Shown one piece after another: positions 48,862 to 62,800 of a stretch of 64,000 nucleotides of DNA. Source of the stretch: Phyllobates terribilis (Eukaryota); contig NW_027362768.1 of assembly GCF_046119375.1 (NCBI RefSeq), positions 188,418,001 through 188,482,000 of the forward strand, read 5' to 3'. How positions within the stretch are numbered: position 1 is the stretch's first letter; each line of letters opens with the position of its first letter. The position numbers and the translations under genes were made by a program. Below the pieces are notes generated by a model that was not told where the DNA came from, did not search any database, and was given only the letters and a program-made list of their open reading frames with translations.

Positions 48862-51692
48862 AGGAATCCCCCCATACCCAGCACGCCCGCCGCACTCTGC
48901 AGAAATCCCCCCATACCCCAACATGCCCACTGCATTCTGCAGAAATCCCCTCCATACCCCAGCACGCCCGCCATGCTCTGCAGAAATCCCCCCATACGCC
49001 AGCACGCCCGCCACGCTCTGCAGAAATCCCCCATACCCCAGCACATCCACCGCACTCTGCAGAAATCCCCCCATACCCCAGCATGCCCACTGCATTCTGC
49101 AGAAATCCCCCCATACCCCAGCACGCCCGCCGCACTCTGCAGAAATCCCCCCATACGCCAGCACGCCCGCCACGCTCTGCAGAAATCCCCCATACCCCAG
49201 CACATCCACCGCACTCTGCAGAAATCCCCCCATACGCCAGCACGCCCGCCACACTCTGCAGAAATCCCCCATACCCCAGCACATCCACCGCAGTCTGCAG
49301 AAATCCCCCCATACACCAGCACGCCCGCCACACTCTGCAGAAATCCCCCATACCCCAGCACATCCACCGCACTCTGCAGAAATCCCCCCCATATCCCAGC
49401 ACGCCCGCCGCACTCTGCAGAAATCCCCCCATACGCCAGCACGCCCACCACGCTCTGCAGAAATCCCCCATACCCCAGCACATCCACCGCACTCTGCAGA
49501 AATCCACCCCATATCCCAGCACGCCCGCCGCACTCTGCAGAAATCCCCCCATACGCCAGCACGCCCGCCACGCTCTGCAGAAATCCCCCATACCCCAGCA
49601 CATCCACCTCACTCTGCAGAAATCCCCCCCATACCCCAGCACGCCCGCCGCACTCTGCAGAAATCCCCCCATACGCCAGCACGCCCGCCACGCTCTGCAG
49701 AAATCCCCCATACCCCAGCACATCCACCGCACTCTGCAGAAATCCCCCCATACGCCAGCACATCCACCGCGCTCTGCAGAAATCCCCCCATACCCCAGCA
49801 CGCCCGCCGCACTCTGCAGAAATCCCCCCATACGCCAGCACATCCACCGCACTCTGCAGAAATCCCCCCATACGCCAGCACATCCACCGCGCTCTGCAGA
49901 AATCCCCCCATACCCCAGCACGCCCACCGCACTCTGCAGAAATCCCCCCATACGCCAGCACATCCACCGCGCTCTGCAGAAATCCCCCCATACCCCAGCA
50001 CGCCCGCCACGCTCTGCAGAAATCCCCCATACCCCAGCACATCCACCGCACTCTGCAGAAATCCCCCATACCCCAGCACATCCACCGCACTCTGCAGAAA
50101 TCCCCCCCATATCCCAGCACGCCCGCCGCACTCTGCAGAAATCCCCCCATACGCCAGCACGCCCGCCACGCTCTGCAGAAATCCCCCATACCCCAGCACA
50201 TCCACCGCACTCTGCAGAAATCCCCCCCCATACCCCAGCATGCCCACCGCGCTCTGCAGAAATCCCCCCCATATCCCAGCACGCCCTCCGCACTCTGCAG
50301 AAATCCCCCCATACCCCAGCACATCCACCGCACTCTGCAAAAATCCCCCCATACCCCAGCACATCCACCGCACTCTGCAGAAATCCCCCCATACCCCAGC
50401 ACGCCCACTGCGCTCTGCAGAAATCCCCCCATACTCCAGCATGCCCACCATGCTCTGCAGAAATCCCCCCCCATACCCCAGCATGCCCACCGCGCTCTGC
50501 AGAAATCCCCCCAGCACGCCCACCGCGCTCTGCAGAAATCCCCCATAACCCAGCACGGCCGCCGCGCTCTGCAGAAATCCCCCTTAACCCAGCACGGCCG
50601 CCGTGCTCTGCAGAAATCCCCCCATACCACAGCACACCTGCGGCGCTCTGCAGAAATCTCCCCATAACCCAGCACACCCGCCGCGCTCTGCAGAAATCCC
50701 CCTATACCCCAGCACACCTGCCGCGCTCTGCAGAAATCCCCCCCATACCCCAGCACTCCTGCGGCGCTCTGCAGAAATCCCCCCATAACCCCAGCATGCC
50801 CGCCGCGCTCTGCAGAAATCCCCCCATATCCCAGCATGCCCGCCATGCTCTGCAGAAATCCCCCCCATACCCCAGCATGCCCACCGCGCTCTGCAGAAAT
50901 CCCCCCATACCCCAGTATGCCCGCCGCGCTCTGCAGAAATACCCCAGCACGCCCACCGCGCTCTTCAGAAATCTCCCCATACTCCAGCACGCCTGCCGCG
51001 CTCTGCAGAAATCCCCCCCATACCCCAGCACGCCCGCCGCGCTCTGCAGAAATCCCCCTATACCCCAGCATGCCCACTGCGTTCTGCAGAAATCCCCCCA
51101 TACCCCAGCATGCCCACCGCGCTCTGCAGAAATCCCCCCATACCCCAGCACTCCTGCGGCGCTCTGCAGAAATCCCCCCATAACCCCAGCATGCCCGCCG
51201 CGCTCTGCAGAAATCCCCCCATACCCCAGCATGCCCGCCATGCTCTGCAGAAATCCCCCCATACCCCAGCATGCCCACCGCGCTCTGCAGAAATCCCCCC
51301 ATACCCCAGCATGCCCGCCGCGCTCTGCAGAAATACCCCAGCACGCCCACCGCGCTCTTCAGAAATCTCCCCATACTCCAGCATGCCTGCCGCGCTCTGC
51401 AGAAATCCCCCCCATACCCCAGCACGCCCGCCGCGCTCTGCAGAAATCCCCCTATACCCCAGCATGCCCACTGCGTTCTGCAGAAATCCCCCCATACCCC
51501 AGCACGCCCTCCGCGCTCTGCAGAAATCTCCCCATACCCCAGCATGCCTGCCGCGCTCTGCAGAAATCCCCCCCATACCCCAGCACGCCCTCCGCGCTCT
51601 GCAGAAATCTCCCTATACCCCAGCACGCCCGCCGCGCTCTGCAGAAGTCCCCCCATACCCCAGCGTGCCTGCCGCGCTCTGCAGAAATCTCC
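48862..51692. repeat. Minisatellite H, about 37-41-bp unit (ctctgcagaaatccccccataccccagcacgcccgccgcg), about 70 copies, in MIGA1 intron 1
   Basis: Nearly invariant ctctgcagaaatcc core with variable C-run length. Confidence 0.96.
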
Positions 51693-51900
51693 TGATCACA
51701 TCTGACATATGGACTCTATTGCAACCTGTAAACACAAATAACTCCCGTGAAGCCGCCCGCAGCGCTGGAGGGAATGCACACATCCGGAAAGATGCCGGCG
51801 TGCACCGGTCCGGTCCGTTTTACACACGAGATGTCGCTTGCCCACAATGTGGAGGGCAGTCACAATCTACGCACACGACTTGTCAAAAAATGTATAAACT

Positions 51901-52194
51901 TTAGTGTTGAGCGAGTATGTTCTGTCCGAGTATGCTCCTCGGGCCGAGCTCCGAGTATTTACAGCTGCTCGGTGATATGGTTGAATCGCTCCCGTGTGCA
52001 TGATTTGCAACTGTTTGACAGCTTTATTACATGTGATTGTCTATTTCTTACACATTCCTCACATGTAATAAAGCTGTCAAACAGTTGCAAATCATGCACA
52101 CGGGAGCGATTCAACCATATCACCGAGCAGCTGTAAATACTCGGAGCTCGGCCCGAGGAGCATACTCGGACAGAACATACTCGCTCAACACTAA
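51901..52194. mobile_element. Foldback MITE: perfect 136-bp inverted repeat with a 22-nt spacer
   Basis: 51901-52036 is the exact reverse complement of 52059-52194; the core GTGTTGAGCG...CGCTCAACAC is flanked by TA on both sides. Confidence 0.85.
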
Positions 52195-52974
52195 TAAACT
52201 TTGGTCGTGTTCAGACGAGGTATGAAAACCCGTCCGCGGTGCTCCGCATGGCCGGGCGTCTCGTCCGTATCCATGTGTCCACTTTACACAAGGACAATTA
52301 AAAATGAAAGAAAAATACAAGATCTTGTTCACTAATTAATCGCAGCAATGGATTCACTAATAATGGATGCAGTGTGAATGGTGCCATGCGGCTGCCGTAT
52401 TTCATAACTCACACATTGAGATTGAGGAGCAGATATCCCCCAGGTATACGGAGCAGGGGAGGGCACGGTGTGATTTTTGCTCTTAGATTATGCAGAATAT
52501 TGCAGAAAAAAGTCCTTTGTTCCATTGATTATAAAGGGGTTTCTTTAGGGGGGAGGGGTGGAATCCACTTTAAAATCCTTGTCAGAAATCCTATGTGACA
52601 ATAGGGCTGCTGCTGATCATTGTATCCTCCACACACAAGCCCCTCGTCTTCAGGATCCACCGGGATCTGCTCACTGGTTCTAGAGATTTGTGATTCAGTT
52701 ATTCCCAACCATAATGCAAAAGATGTGCAGATCGCTGGGACCCCCAGTCTGAGAGCGGGACCCTGGAACGCCCGATGGGAGTGGAGTGGTGGACTTTTGT
52801 GTCTGACCTGTGCTCCGCTCCATCAGGACGTCAGAGCCGCGTTCACGGGGTCAGTGGGGTCTCCGCAAGTTCCCACCTGTCCTGTGGATTAATGGTGGGA
52901 GCACGCGTGACAGATTTCTGCAGTGTGTGAATATACTCTGGTGGTTTCCAGTGTGTCTGTGTATATTTGTCTAA

Positions 52975-53169
52975 GGCCACGGCCCCACTATCAGTATCTG
53001 GTCAGTATTCGGTCAGTATTTTTTCTCAGGAGTGGGAGCCAAAACCAGGAGCGGAACAATCAGAGAAAAGGTAGAATAGAAACAAGTCACCAATTCTGCA
53101 TTTATCACCCACTCCTGAGAACAAATACTGACCGAATACTGATCGAATACTGAGAGTGGGGCTGTGGCC
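52975..53169. mobile_element. PIF/Harbinger-type MITE (GGCCAC...GTGGCC, TAA target duplication)
   Basis: TIRs with TAA at 52972-52974 and 53170-53172; homologous to 9389-9554. Confidence 0.78.
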
Positions 53170-53172
53170 TAA

Positions 53173-53341
53173 GGGCTTATTCACACGTCAGTATTTTGTG
53201 TCAGTCTTTTTATGCTAAAACCAGGAGTGGAACTATAATTGAATGATTGACACCTGTTCTGTATATGGAGACGCTCCTGGTTTTGGGAAAATACAAATAC
53301 TGATGAAATACTGATCAAAAATACTGATGTGTGAATAAAGC
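53173..53341. mobile_element. Related MITE abutting the previous one (gcttattcacac...gtgtgaataaagc)
   Basis: Imperfect TIRs; shares the aaaaccaggagtgg and aatactga motifs. Confidence 0.6.
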
Positions 53342-53526
53342 TGGTGATTTTGGGACAAGTTTTCCATGAACTGCACCCAAAGAGTTGATTTCTTTTAGCA
53401 GCAATTTTGCATCACATAAATGAAAGGTTTTGGGGTTTAGAAAGTGCATAAGAAAACGAACCAAAAATCCCGGCAGAAACACCACAAGCCGGAGAGAAGC
53501 CGATCTATACATTGCACAGATCTATA

Positions 53527-55155
<1,629 letters not shown>

Positions 55156-57129
55156 TATGTAATTATTTCTGACCATAACCCCTGTAGCCTCTGTCCTCAG
55201 GGTGGGGTCTAGGAGCCTCACATTGGGGGACGTCCTGTGCCCCCTGCTGCCCGTATATTATTATTACTCTCATCCCTTCTTCTGTCCTTGTGCCACATGG
55301 GCCGCACACGGAGCCGTTCAGTATAGGGGCTTGTTCACACTGACATCTTTGTGATTTTACATAAGGAATAAACAGCCACAGCGTGCACTCATATCATCCG
55401 TTTTTCGGGCATCATCCTTTTGGCGTCCGTCTTTCTCAGACCTATTGCGGTGATTACACAGTATTAGGCCTTTCACTATTTTTTAATTGTGGCTGTATAA
55501 ATCCTCTACACAGATGAGGAATCTATTTTTCATGCTCTTGTCTGAACACAGCCCTAAAAGGAACCTGTTGGGAGGATTTTACTACTTAATGTGGCAGCAC
55601 CTCTGTATATAGGATCTCTGTCTTGTGTAATCCAATGTCCCAGCTCTGAGAAATCCAGCTTTGAAGCCACATGCAAATTAGTCTGGAAATGCATTGGGGG
55701 CGTGTCCATCTACTGAGTCCACTGACACACCCTGAATGCACTTCCAGGCTAATTTGCATATGGCTTCAATGCTGGATTTCTCAGCGCTGACACATTGGAT
55801 TACCACAAGACAGGGATCCTCCAGCTTCTTGTACTACGACTATTTAGTTATACCTCCAAGTAGTCGTCCTGGCTGGTTTTCTTTAAAGGGGTTTTAAAAG
55901 GGAATGCTATAATCTCTGCTGCAGAGATCACATCCATGTTACCGCTGCAGCCGATCACTGGCCTCGACAGTATCATGCTGTCAAGGCCAGTAAACATCGC
56001 AGCACCGCCTCTGAGACTAGTGATTGGCTGCAGTGGTCACGTCGATATGACTTGTAAATGCCAGAGACCACCACAGCGGCCTTTGGGATTATCACGTGAG
56101 TTGTACTTTTTCTATTTTGTCTTAATATCTATATAATGAGGTGCATGTACTATGTATTGCAGTGTTAATGCACCTTGCGGCCTCTCGGGGGCGCTGTACA
56201 CAGTACGGCCATACAGTGCACAGCTCACACACCGGGCTGCAGGTTCATCCATCTGCCTCTCTCGTCAACACAGGTGCATGGCCGGTACAGGAATGAGCTC
56301 TCTCTTTGTCACCAGCTGGGGGCGCTCTTCTACCGTTTTCAGATTTCCCCTATGGAATAGATGAAGAAACATTTGTCCTATGTAAGAACTAGTCCATAAT
56401 TCAGACTGGACCCCATCCCCAGCGCTGCGCCTCCTCTGGCCGATCCTACAGTTACTTTTCTGATCTGAACTAAAGCCTGGATTGGGGTCTTTACACGTAG
56501 TATTCAGTATTGGATGTCACTCATACTTGGGCTGTTGGGAGTTGTAGTTCCACAGCACATGGCACAGGGGTGGCCGGGATGTACAGGAGGAATTCTGAGC
56601 ACGGATCATTTTTTTGGCCGGAGATGTTATTTTTCGGGAATTCTTTTATCTGAAGGGAATAACTTGCTGATAGCTGGAGGTCCGACTGATGAGATCTCCA
56701 GAGATCGGGGTCCTGCAGTTCATTCTTCACTAGAGCGACAATGCGCATGCTTGACTATTTCTGGCAGCCGCATAGTCAATGAACTTAGTGGAGGCCACGC
56801 ATGCGCACGTCCACTCCACTCAGGACAGGGCTGCAGAGCATCGCTCTCAGTGGTCGGACCTCCATAGATCAGGAAGTTACCCCCTATCCTATAGGTGAGG
56901 GGAAAATTATTTCAGTCTGAGGCAGTGGATAGGTGATGCCTATTAGATCTCTTGGACCCCCAACTATCGTCAGAACCAGGGGGTGACATTCCTGGTTCAC
57001 CCCTGGACCTCGGCAATGAGGAGAAGAATGGAGCCGGTGGTTGTGCATCCACAGCTGATGGTGGTGAAGAGCAACGGCTCTCCATGATTGCCATAGACCT
57101 GAGCGGAGCATCACGGCGCATGCACAGCC

Positions 57130-59428
57130 ATCTGCGCCCTTCATTCCCACTATATCCCCTACAGCAGCGCCTTTCATTCCCACTATATCCCCTACAGCTG
57201 CACCATTCATTCCCACTATATCCCCTACAGCTGCACCATTTATTCCCACTATATCCCCTACAGCAGCGCCTTTCATTCCCACTATATCCCCTACAGCGGC
57301 GCCATTCATTCCCACTATATCCCCTACAGCTGCACCATTTATTCCCACTATATCCCCTACAGCAGCGCCCTTCATTCCCACTATATCCCCTACAGCAGCG
57401 CCTTTCATTCCCACTATATCCCCTACAGCTGCACCATTCATTCCCACTATATCCCCTACAGCTGCACCATTTATTCCCACTATATCCCCTACAGCAGCGC
57501 CTTTCATTCCCACTATATCCCCTACAGCGGCGCCATTCATTCCCACTATATCCCCTACAGCAGCGCCTTTCATTCCCACTATATTCCCTACAGCGGCGCC
57601 ATTCATTCCCACTATATCCCCTACAGCTGCACCATTCATTCCCACTATATCCCCTACAGCTGCACCATTCATTCCCACTATATCCCCTACAGCGGCGCCA
57701 TTCATTCCCACTATATCCCCTACAGCTGCACCATTTATTCCCACTATATCCCCTACAGCTGCACCATTTATTCCCACTATATCCCCTACAGCGGCGCCAT
57801 TCATTCCCACTATATCCCCTACAGCTGCACCATTTATTCCCACTATATCCCCTACAGCGGCGCCATTCATTCCCTCTATATCCCCTACAGCGGCGCCATT
57901 CATTCCCACTATATCCCCTACAGCTGCGCCATTCATTCCCACTATATCCCCTATAGCGGCGCCATTCATTCCCACTATATCCCCTACAGCGGCGCCATTC
58001 ATTCCCACTATATCCCCTACAGCGGCGCCATTCATTCCCACTATATCCCCTACAGCTGCGCCATTCATTCCCACTATATCCCCTACAGCTGCACCATTTA
58101 TTCCCACTATATCCCCTACAGCTGCACCATTCATTCCCACTATATCCCCTACAGCGGCACCATTCATTCCCACTATATCCCCTACAGCGGCGCCTTTCAT
58201 TCCCACTATATCCCCTACAGCGGCACCATTCATTCCCACTATATCCCCTACAGCGGCACCATTCATTCCCACTATATCCCCTACAGCTGCGCCATTCATT
58301 CCCACTATATCCCCTACAGCTGCGCCATTCATTCCCACTATATCCCCTACAGCTGCGCCATTCATTCCCACTATATCCCCTACAGCTGCGCCATTCATTC
58401 CCACTATATCCCCTACAGCGGCGCCATTCATTCCCACTATATCCCCTACAGCTGCGCCATTCATTCCCACTATATCCCCTACAGCTGCGCCATTCATTCC
58501 CACTATATCCCCTACAGCTGCACCATTTATTCCCACTATATCCCCTACAGCTGCACCATTCATTCCCACTATATCCCCTACAGCGGCGCCATTCATTCCC
58601 ACTATATCCCCTACAGCGGCGCCATTCATTCCCACTATATCCCCTACAGCGGCACCATTCATTCCCACTATATCCCCTACAGCGGCGCCTTTCATTCCCA
58701 CTATATCCCCTACAGCTGCACCATTTATTCCCACTATATCCCCTACAGCTGCACCATTCATTCCCACTATATCCCCTACAGCGGCGCCATTCATTCCCAC
58801 TATATCCCCTACAGCGGCACCATTCATTCCCACTATATCCCCTACAGCGGCGCCATTCATTCCCACTATATCCCCTACAGCGGCGCCATCCATTCCCACT
58901 ATATCCCCTACAGCGGCGCCATTCATTCCCACTATATCCCCTACAGCGGCGCCATTCATTCCCACTATATCCCCTACAGCGGCGCCATTCATTCCCACTA
59001 TATCCCCTACAGCGGCGCCATTCATTCCCACTATATCCCCTACAGCTGCGCCATTCATTCCCACTATATACCCTACACCGGCGCCATTCATTCCCACTAT
59101 ATCCCCTACAGCGGCGCCATTCATTCCCACTATATCCCCTACAGCGGCGCCATTCATTCCCACTATATCCCCTACAGCGATGCCATTCATTCCCACTATA
59201 TCCCCTACAGCGGCGCCATTCATTCCCACTATATCCCCTACAGCGGCGCCATTCATTCCCACTATATCCCCTACAGCTGCACCATTCATTCCCACTATAT
59301 CCCCTACAGCGGCGCCATTCATTCCCACTATATCCCCTACAGCGGCGCCATTCATTCCCACTATATCCCCTACAGCGGCGCTATTCATTCCCACTATATC
59401 CCCTACAGCGGCGCCATTCATTCCCTCT
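57130..59428. repeat. Minisatellite I, 33-bp unit (ccattcattcccactatatcccctacagcggcg), about 70 copies
   Basis: 11-aa periodic ORFs; direct periodicity. Confidence 0.97.
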
Positions 59429-59728
59429 ATTAGATGGCGCTTGTTGCATCTCAGCGCTGTGTGATTGGTAGAAGACACTTGGAACAATAAATGAGACACA
59501 GAAGGTAAAATCGGCCCAAAAATCGGATCCAGCACACTGATGAAAACTGGGCTTTTTTTTTTTTTGCATACGTGAAAAATCACATCACCCCCGAATGTCG
59601 TCTCCGTGCTGTGCTGGTGGACGCCATGAGTCATTATGCTTACACCTCGTATATACATACTGTATGCATGTATACAGATATGTGATCGTTTTATCCTCAG
59701 GACAAGTCTGATCTCACCAGAGGACACA

Positions 59729-59812
59729 ATGGCGGAGACGCAGCACCCGCTCAGGATGGCCGCCCTGCGTGTCGTGGATTTCCCCCTGTCCCTCTACAAC
59801 TCGCTCACGCAG
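59729..59812 (+). CDS. MIGA1: MIGA1 coding exon 1 (exon starts at 59701; ATG at 59729)
   Basis: cctcag acceptor; acaATGg Kozak context; MAETQHPLRMAALRVVDFPLSLYNSLTQ; gtaaac donor. Confidence 0.85.
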
Positions 59813-62800
59813 GTAAACGGATGAAGGGTTTGGGATTGAACATCTTTTCCCTCCATAGAGTGAGATCAGGAGCTGCGTTACACCGCCATCATCTGCCTGT
59901 AAAATCAGAGCGAGCGCCAATCGCTGCCGTGTAACCTCTTAAATGCCGTTGGTAATTACGACAGAATTTAAGTGGTGTGATGGTGCTGGGGCGTCCATGT
60001 CAGCCCCCATTACGGTCCCCCACCCACAACATAATTGCAAGATGCAAATGGGTTTCTTGTTGAAGACCCCTATCGATACCATCTTGGATTCTCCTGGTAA
60101 GCCCAGCTAGGAGACCCTATTTTGTGCTGTATTCTGCAGTACGTGGCTATTGCAATATATGTAGTACATGCAATCACCGTTTTTAAACTATTAAGAAAAA
60201 AAAATACAAAAAAAGTAAGTTTATAGCACCACACCTTTCCCTGTCCAAAACACGGTAATAAAAAAATACGCAGAAATGATCTCGCCGCATTTTTAATACC
60301 TTTCTCAGCACTTGGAGCTGTTTTCCTTCTTTCCGTTCCATTTTATGGTAAAGTTGTCAGTGTCATTGAAAACTACAACTCGCCCCCCCCCCCCCCCCCA
60401 ACCAGATAACGAGCCCCCGAAGTGCAAAGTGGGCGGAAATTAAAAAAGTTACAAAAGCACAAGATTGACAAGTGGCTTTAAGGGGTTAATATATATTTTT
60501 ATTTCTTTATTTTAACTTTCTTTCTTGCAGTTTACGTTACTGCTGAAGTCGTCTCCCGGGCTGAAGACGATCTTCGCGGTCACCGCCGTCGGGACGGTAT
60601 CTATTATTTTTCTGGCTCGTCGCATTAAAAGAAGGAGAGGGAAAATAAAAAGCCCAAATTCTTCCTGGGAGCCCGACAATCTCCTGCTGGACAGTACCAG
60701 GCATGCCGCCCTAGAGAAAGGTGAGTCCACGTCTGTAGACTTGTCCTCAGCGGTGCCAAGTGTGGCTGCAGCACAGAGTATTTCAGCAGGAGTGCTGATC
60801 TTATCCAGTGATGAGATTATATTTGGTGAGGGCAGGGTGGTGGTGTCAGGATGTCACCGAGGGAGAAGAGACCAGAGGAAAGGACACGGAGTTAGGCAGC
60901 GAGGGAGTAGGATCCACAGTAGCACAGAGTATTTCAGCAGTCGTGCACCGTTATGTAATCATCTTGTTGAGCGCAGGGTGGTTGTATCGGGATTTTATAG
61001 AGACAAGATGAGGGAGGTTATAGACGTAGAAAAAGAGTTCACAGCAGCACAGAGTATTTCAGGGGGGGTAGAGACCAGAGCGGGGGTCACAGTCAGAGTA
61101 AGGGCTCATTCAGACGGCCATTTTCTCACGCGTTTCATCCGTGATTTTGTTCAGAGATTCATCAGTTTTTCTCAAAAGAGAAAAAAAACAAAATAAAAGT
61201 TTCTGTACTTTCTCCCGTCCAGCACTTGGATGGCGTCCGAGTACGGTCCGATTTTTTTCACGGACCCATAGACTTGCACTGGTGATCGGATCGGACACGT
61301 CTCGGGGGGTTTTGCATGGACCATTCGGCCCACGAAAAAGTCATGTGAACAGACAATACTAGGCACGAGGTCTGTGCATGAAAAATGGACGTCTGAATGA
61401 GCCTTTAGATTGCCAGGGAGCAGGGTCCCACAGCAGCACAGAGTATTTCAGGGGAGGCATGTACTGATCGTTTCAAGGCAGTTTTACCTGTCCACATGTG
61501 ATTATGTAAAAAAAAAAATAACAGGACTGCATAATGCAATAGGGGCAACGTCATGATGCAATGAGCAATGCTATGAGCAGTACAGAGGATTTCAGGAGTA
61601 GAGTGCTGACCTTGTCCACTCATGATTAAATTAATGTCTGTGGTATATCTGTGTCTGATAGATGCGTGGGCCAAACTCTGGGACCCAGAATGGGGAATCC
61701 TCTGACCCGCATCTCGCCGGGTCCATTCTCACCCTGGTGTTCCTGTAGCTCCCATTGAAGTGAATGGGGAGAGGTACTGCTGTGCTGGAGACGGGCACTG
61801 ACCTCGGTGATGGGACCCACATCTTTTAGACGTTTATCCGCTGGATATGCTATAAGTGTCTACGGTGGGGAATGTCCCTTTAATGGTAGTAGGAAAGTCC
61901 CTAGCAGCACAGAGTATTTCAGGAGAGGATCTCGTCACTCGTGATGACGGTGTAGGATTAATAGAAGGCTCTGCAGTCACAGTTGGAGAAATAAGAGAGC
62001 GCAGGGTCCTGATTACTGCGGAGGACTAGCATCAGCCGCCTCCGTCCTCATGTATACGCTGTAGATACGGATGTATGGCTCCTCTCCTGTACCGCAGGGT
62101 CCAGCTGTTCCAGTAGCCGGAAGAATCTGACCCTGTCCCTGACGTCAGCGAAGGAGAAGGGATCCCAGCTGCACCTTAACGGAGGGCTGAACAGTAAATA
62201 TTCGGGGTCCGTGCAGAGCCTGGCTTCTGTAAGTTTACATGTCAGCCTATCACCAGTTTGTTTTGAGAAAAGGACCCAAAAAACAGATGGTACCCCTCCC
62301 CCCTCCATGTATATGTCAGCGAGCATTGCCCATGAAAAAAACAACAACCCTGCAGCATCTTTTCTTAGACTCTTATCTTGTGCTGTTCCTCTGTTATTCC
62401 TCCTGGAAACGTATAAACTTGGGTGTCAATAGTTGTCAGTTTATTCACAAGGTGAATGGTAACACCCCGTTGTTAGTTTATTCATTTCCAGGAGGAATCA
62501 CAGAGGTACGGTACAAGACGGTGTTCTAGAAAAAGACTCTTCCAAGTACTTGGAAAGTCCTAAATACGGAGCTAAAGTTATTCTCCAAAGGGGAGAAGTT
62601 ATGTGGCTTATTCTGCACAAAAAAAGTAGAAACTTTTGTACTTACCTCAACAGTTTTCAAAATTGAGGTGATGGGGTTATCAGGAGGAACGGTGTAAATT
62701 GTATATTATTATATAAACTGTACATTATAGCACAGTCCTAAATTAAATATACCTTATATATCTGATGAGCCTTCAGTGCGCCGTTTCAAGTCCTTTCTTC

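Noticed and set aside
48578-51904. Many 500-1000 aa overlapping ORFs
   Set aside because: They are translations of minisatellite H on both strands.
56884-59727. 947-aa (MNGAAVGDIVG)n ORF resembling a structural or antifreeze repeat protein
   Set aside because: It is a 33-bp minisatellite antisense in MIGA1 intron 1; the non-repeat flanks are MITE-like and look non-coding.
61110-61175. Hammerhead-like core on the minus strand (CTGATGA...GAAAC...GTC)
   Set aside because: Stems II and III are marginal, stem I cannot pair, and it lies in a MITE rich in ctgatga motifs.
60721-61196. Extension of the 223-aa ORF beyond MIGA1 coding exon 2
   Set aside because: It is intron read-through past a consensus AAG|gtgagt donor, and similarity resumes only at 62098.
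60768-61925. CRISPR-like repeat-spacer pattern
   Set aside because: This is a vertebrate intron with no cas genes, and the spacers are over 100 nt and irregular. It is kept only as a motif finding.
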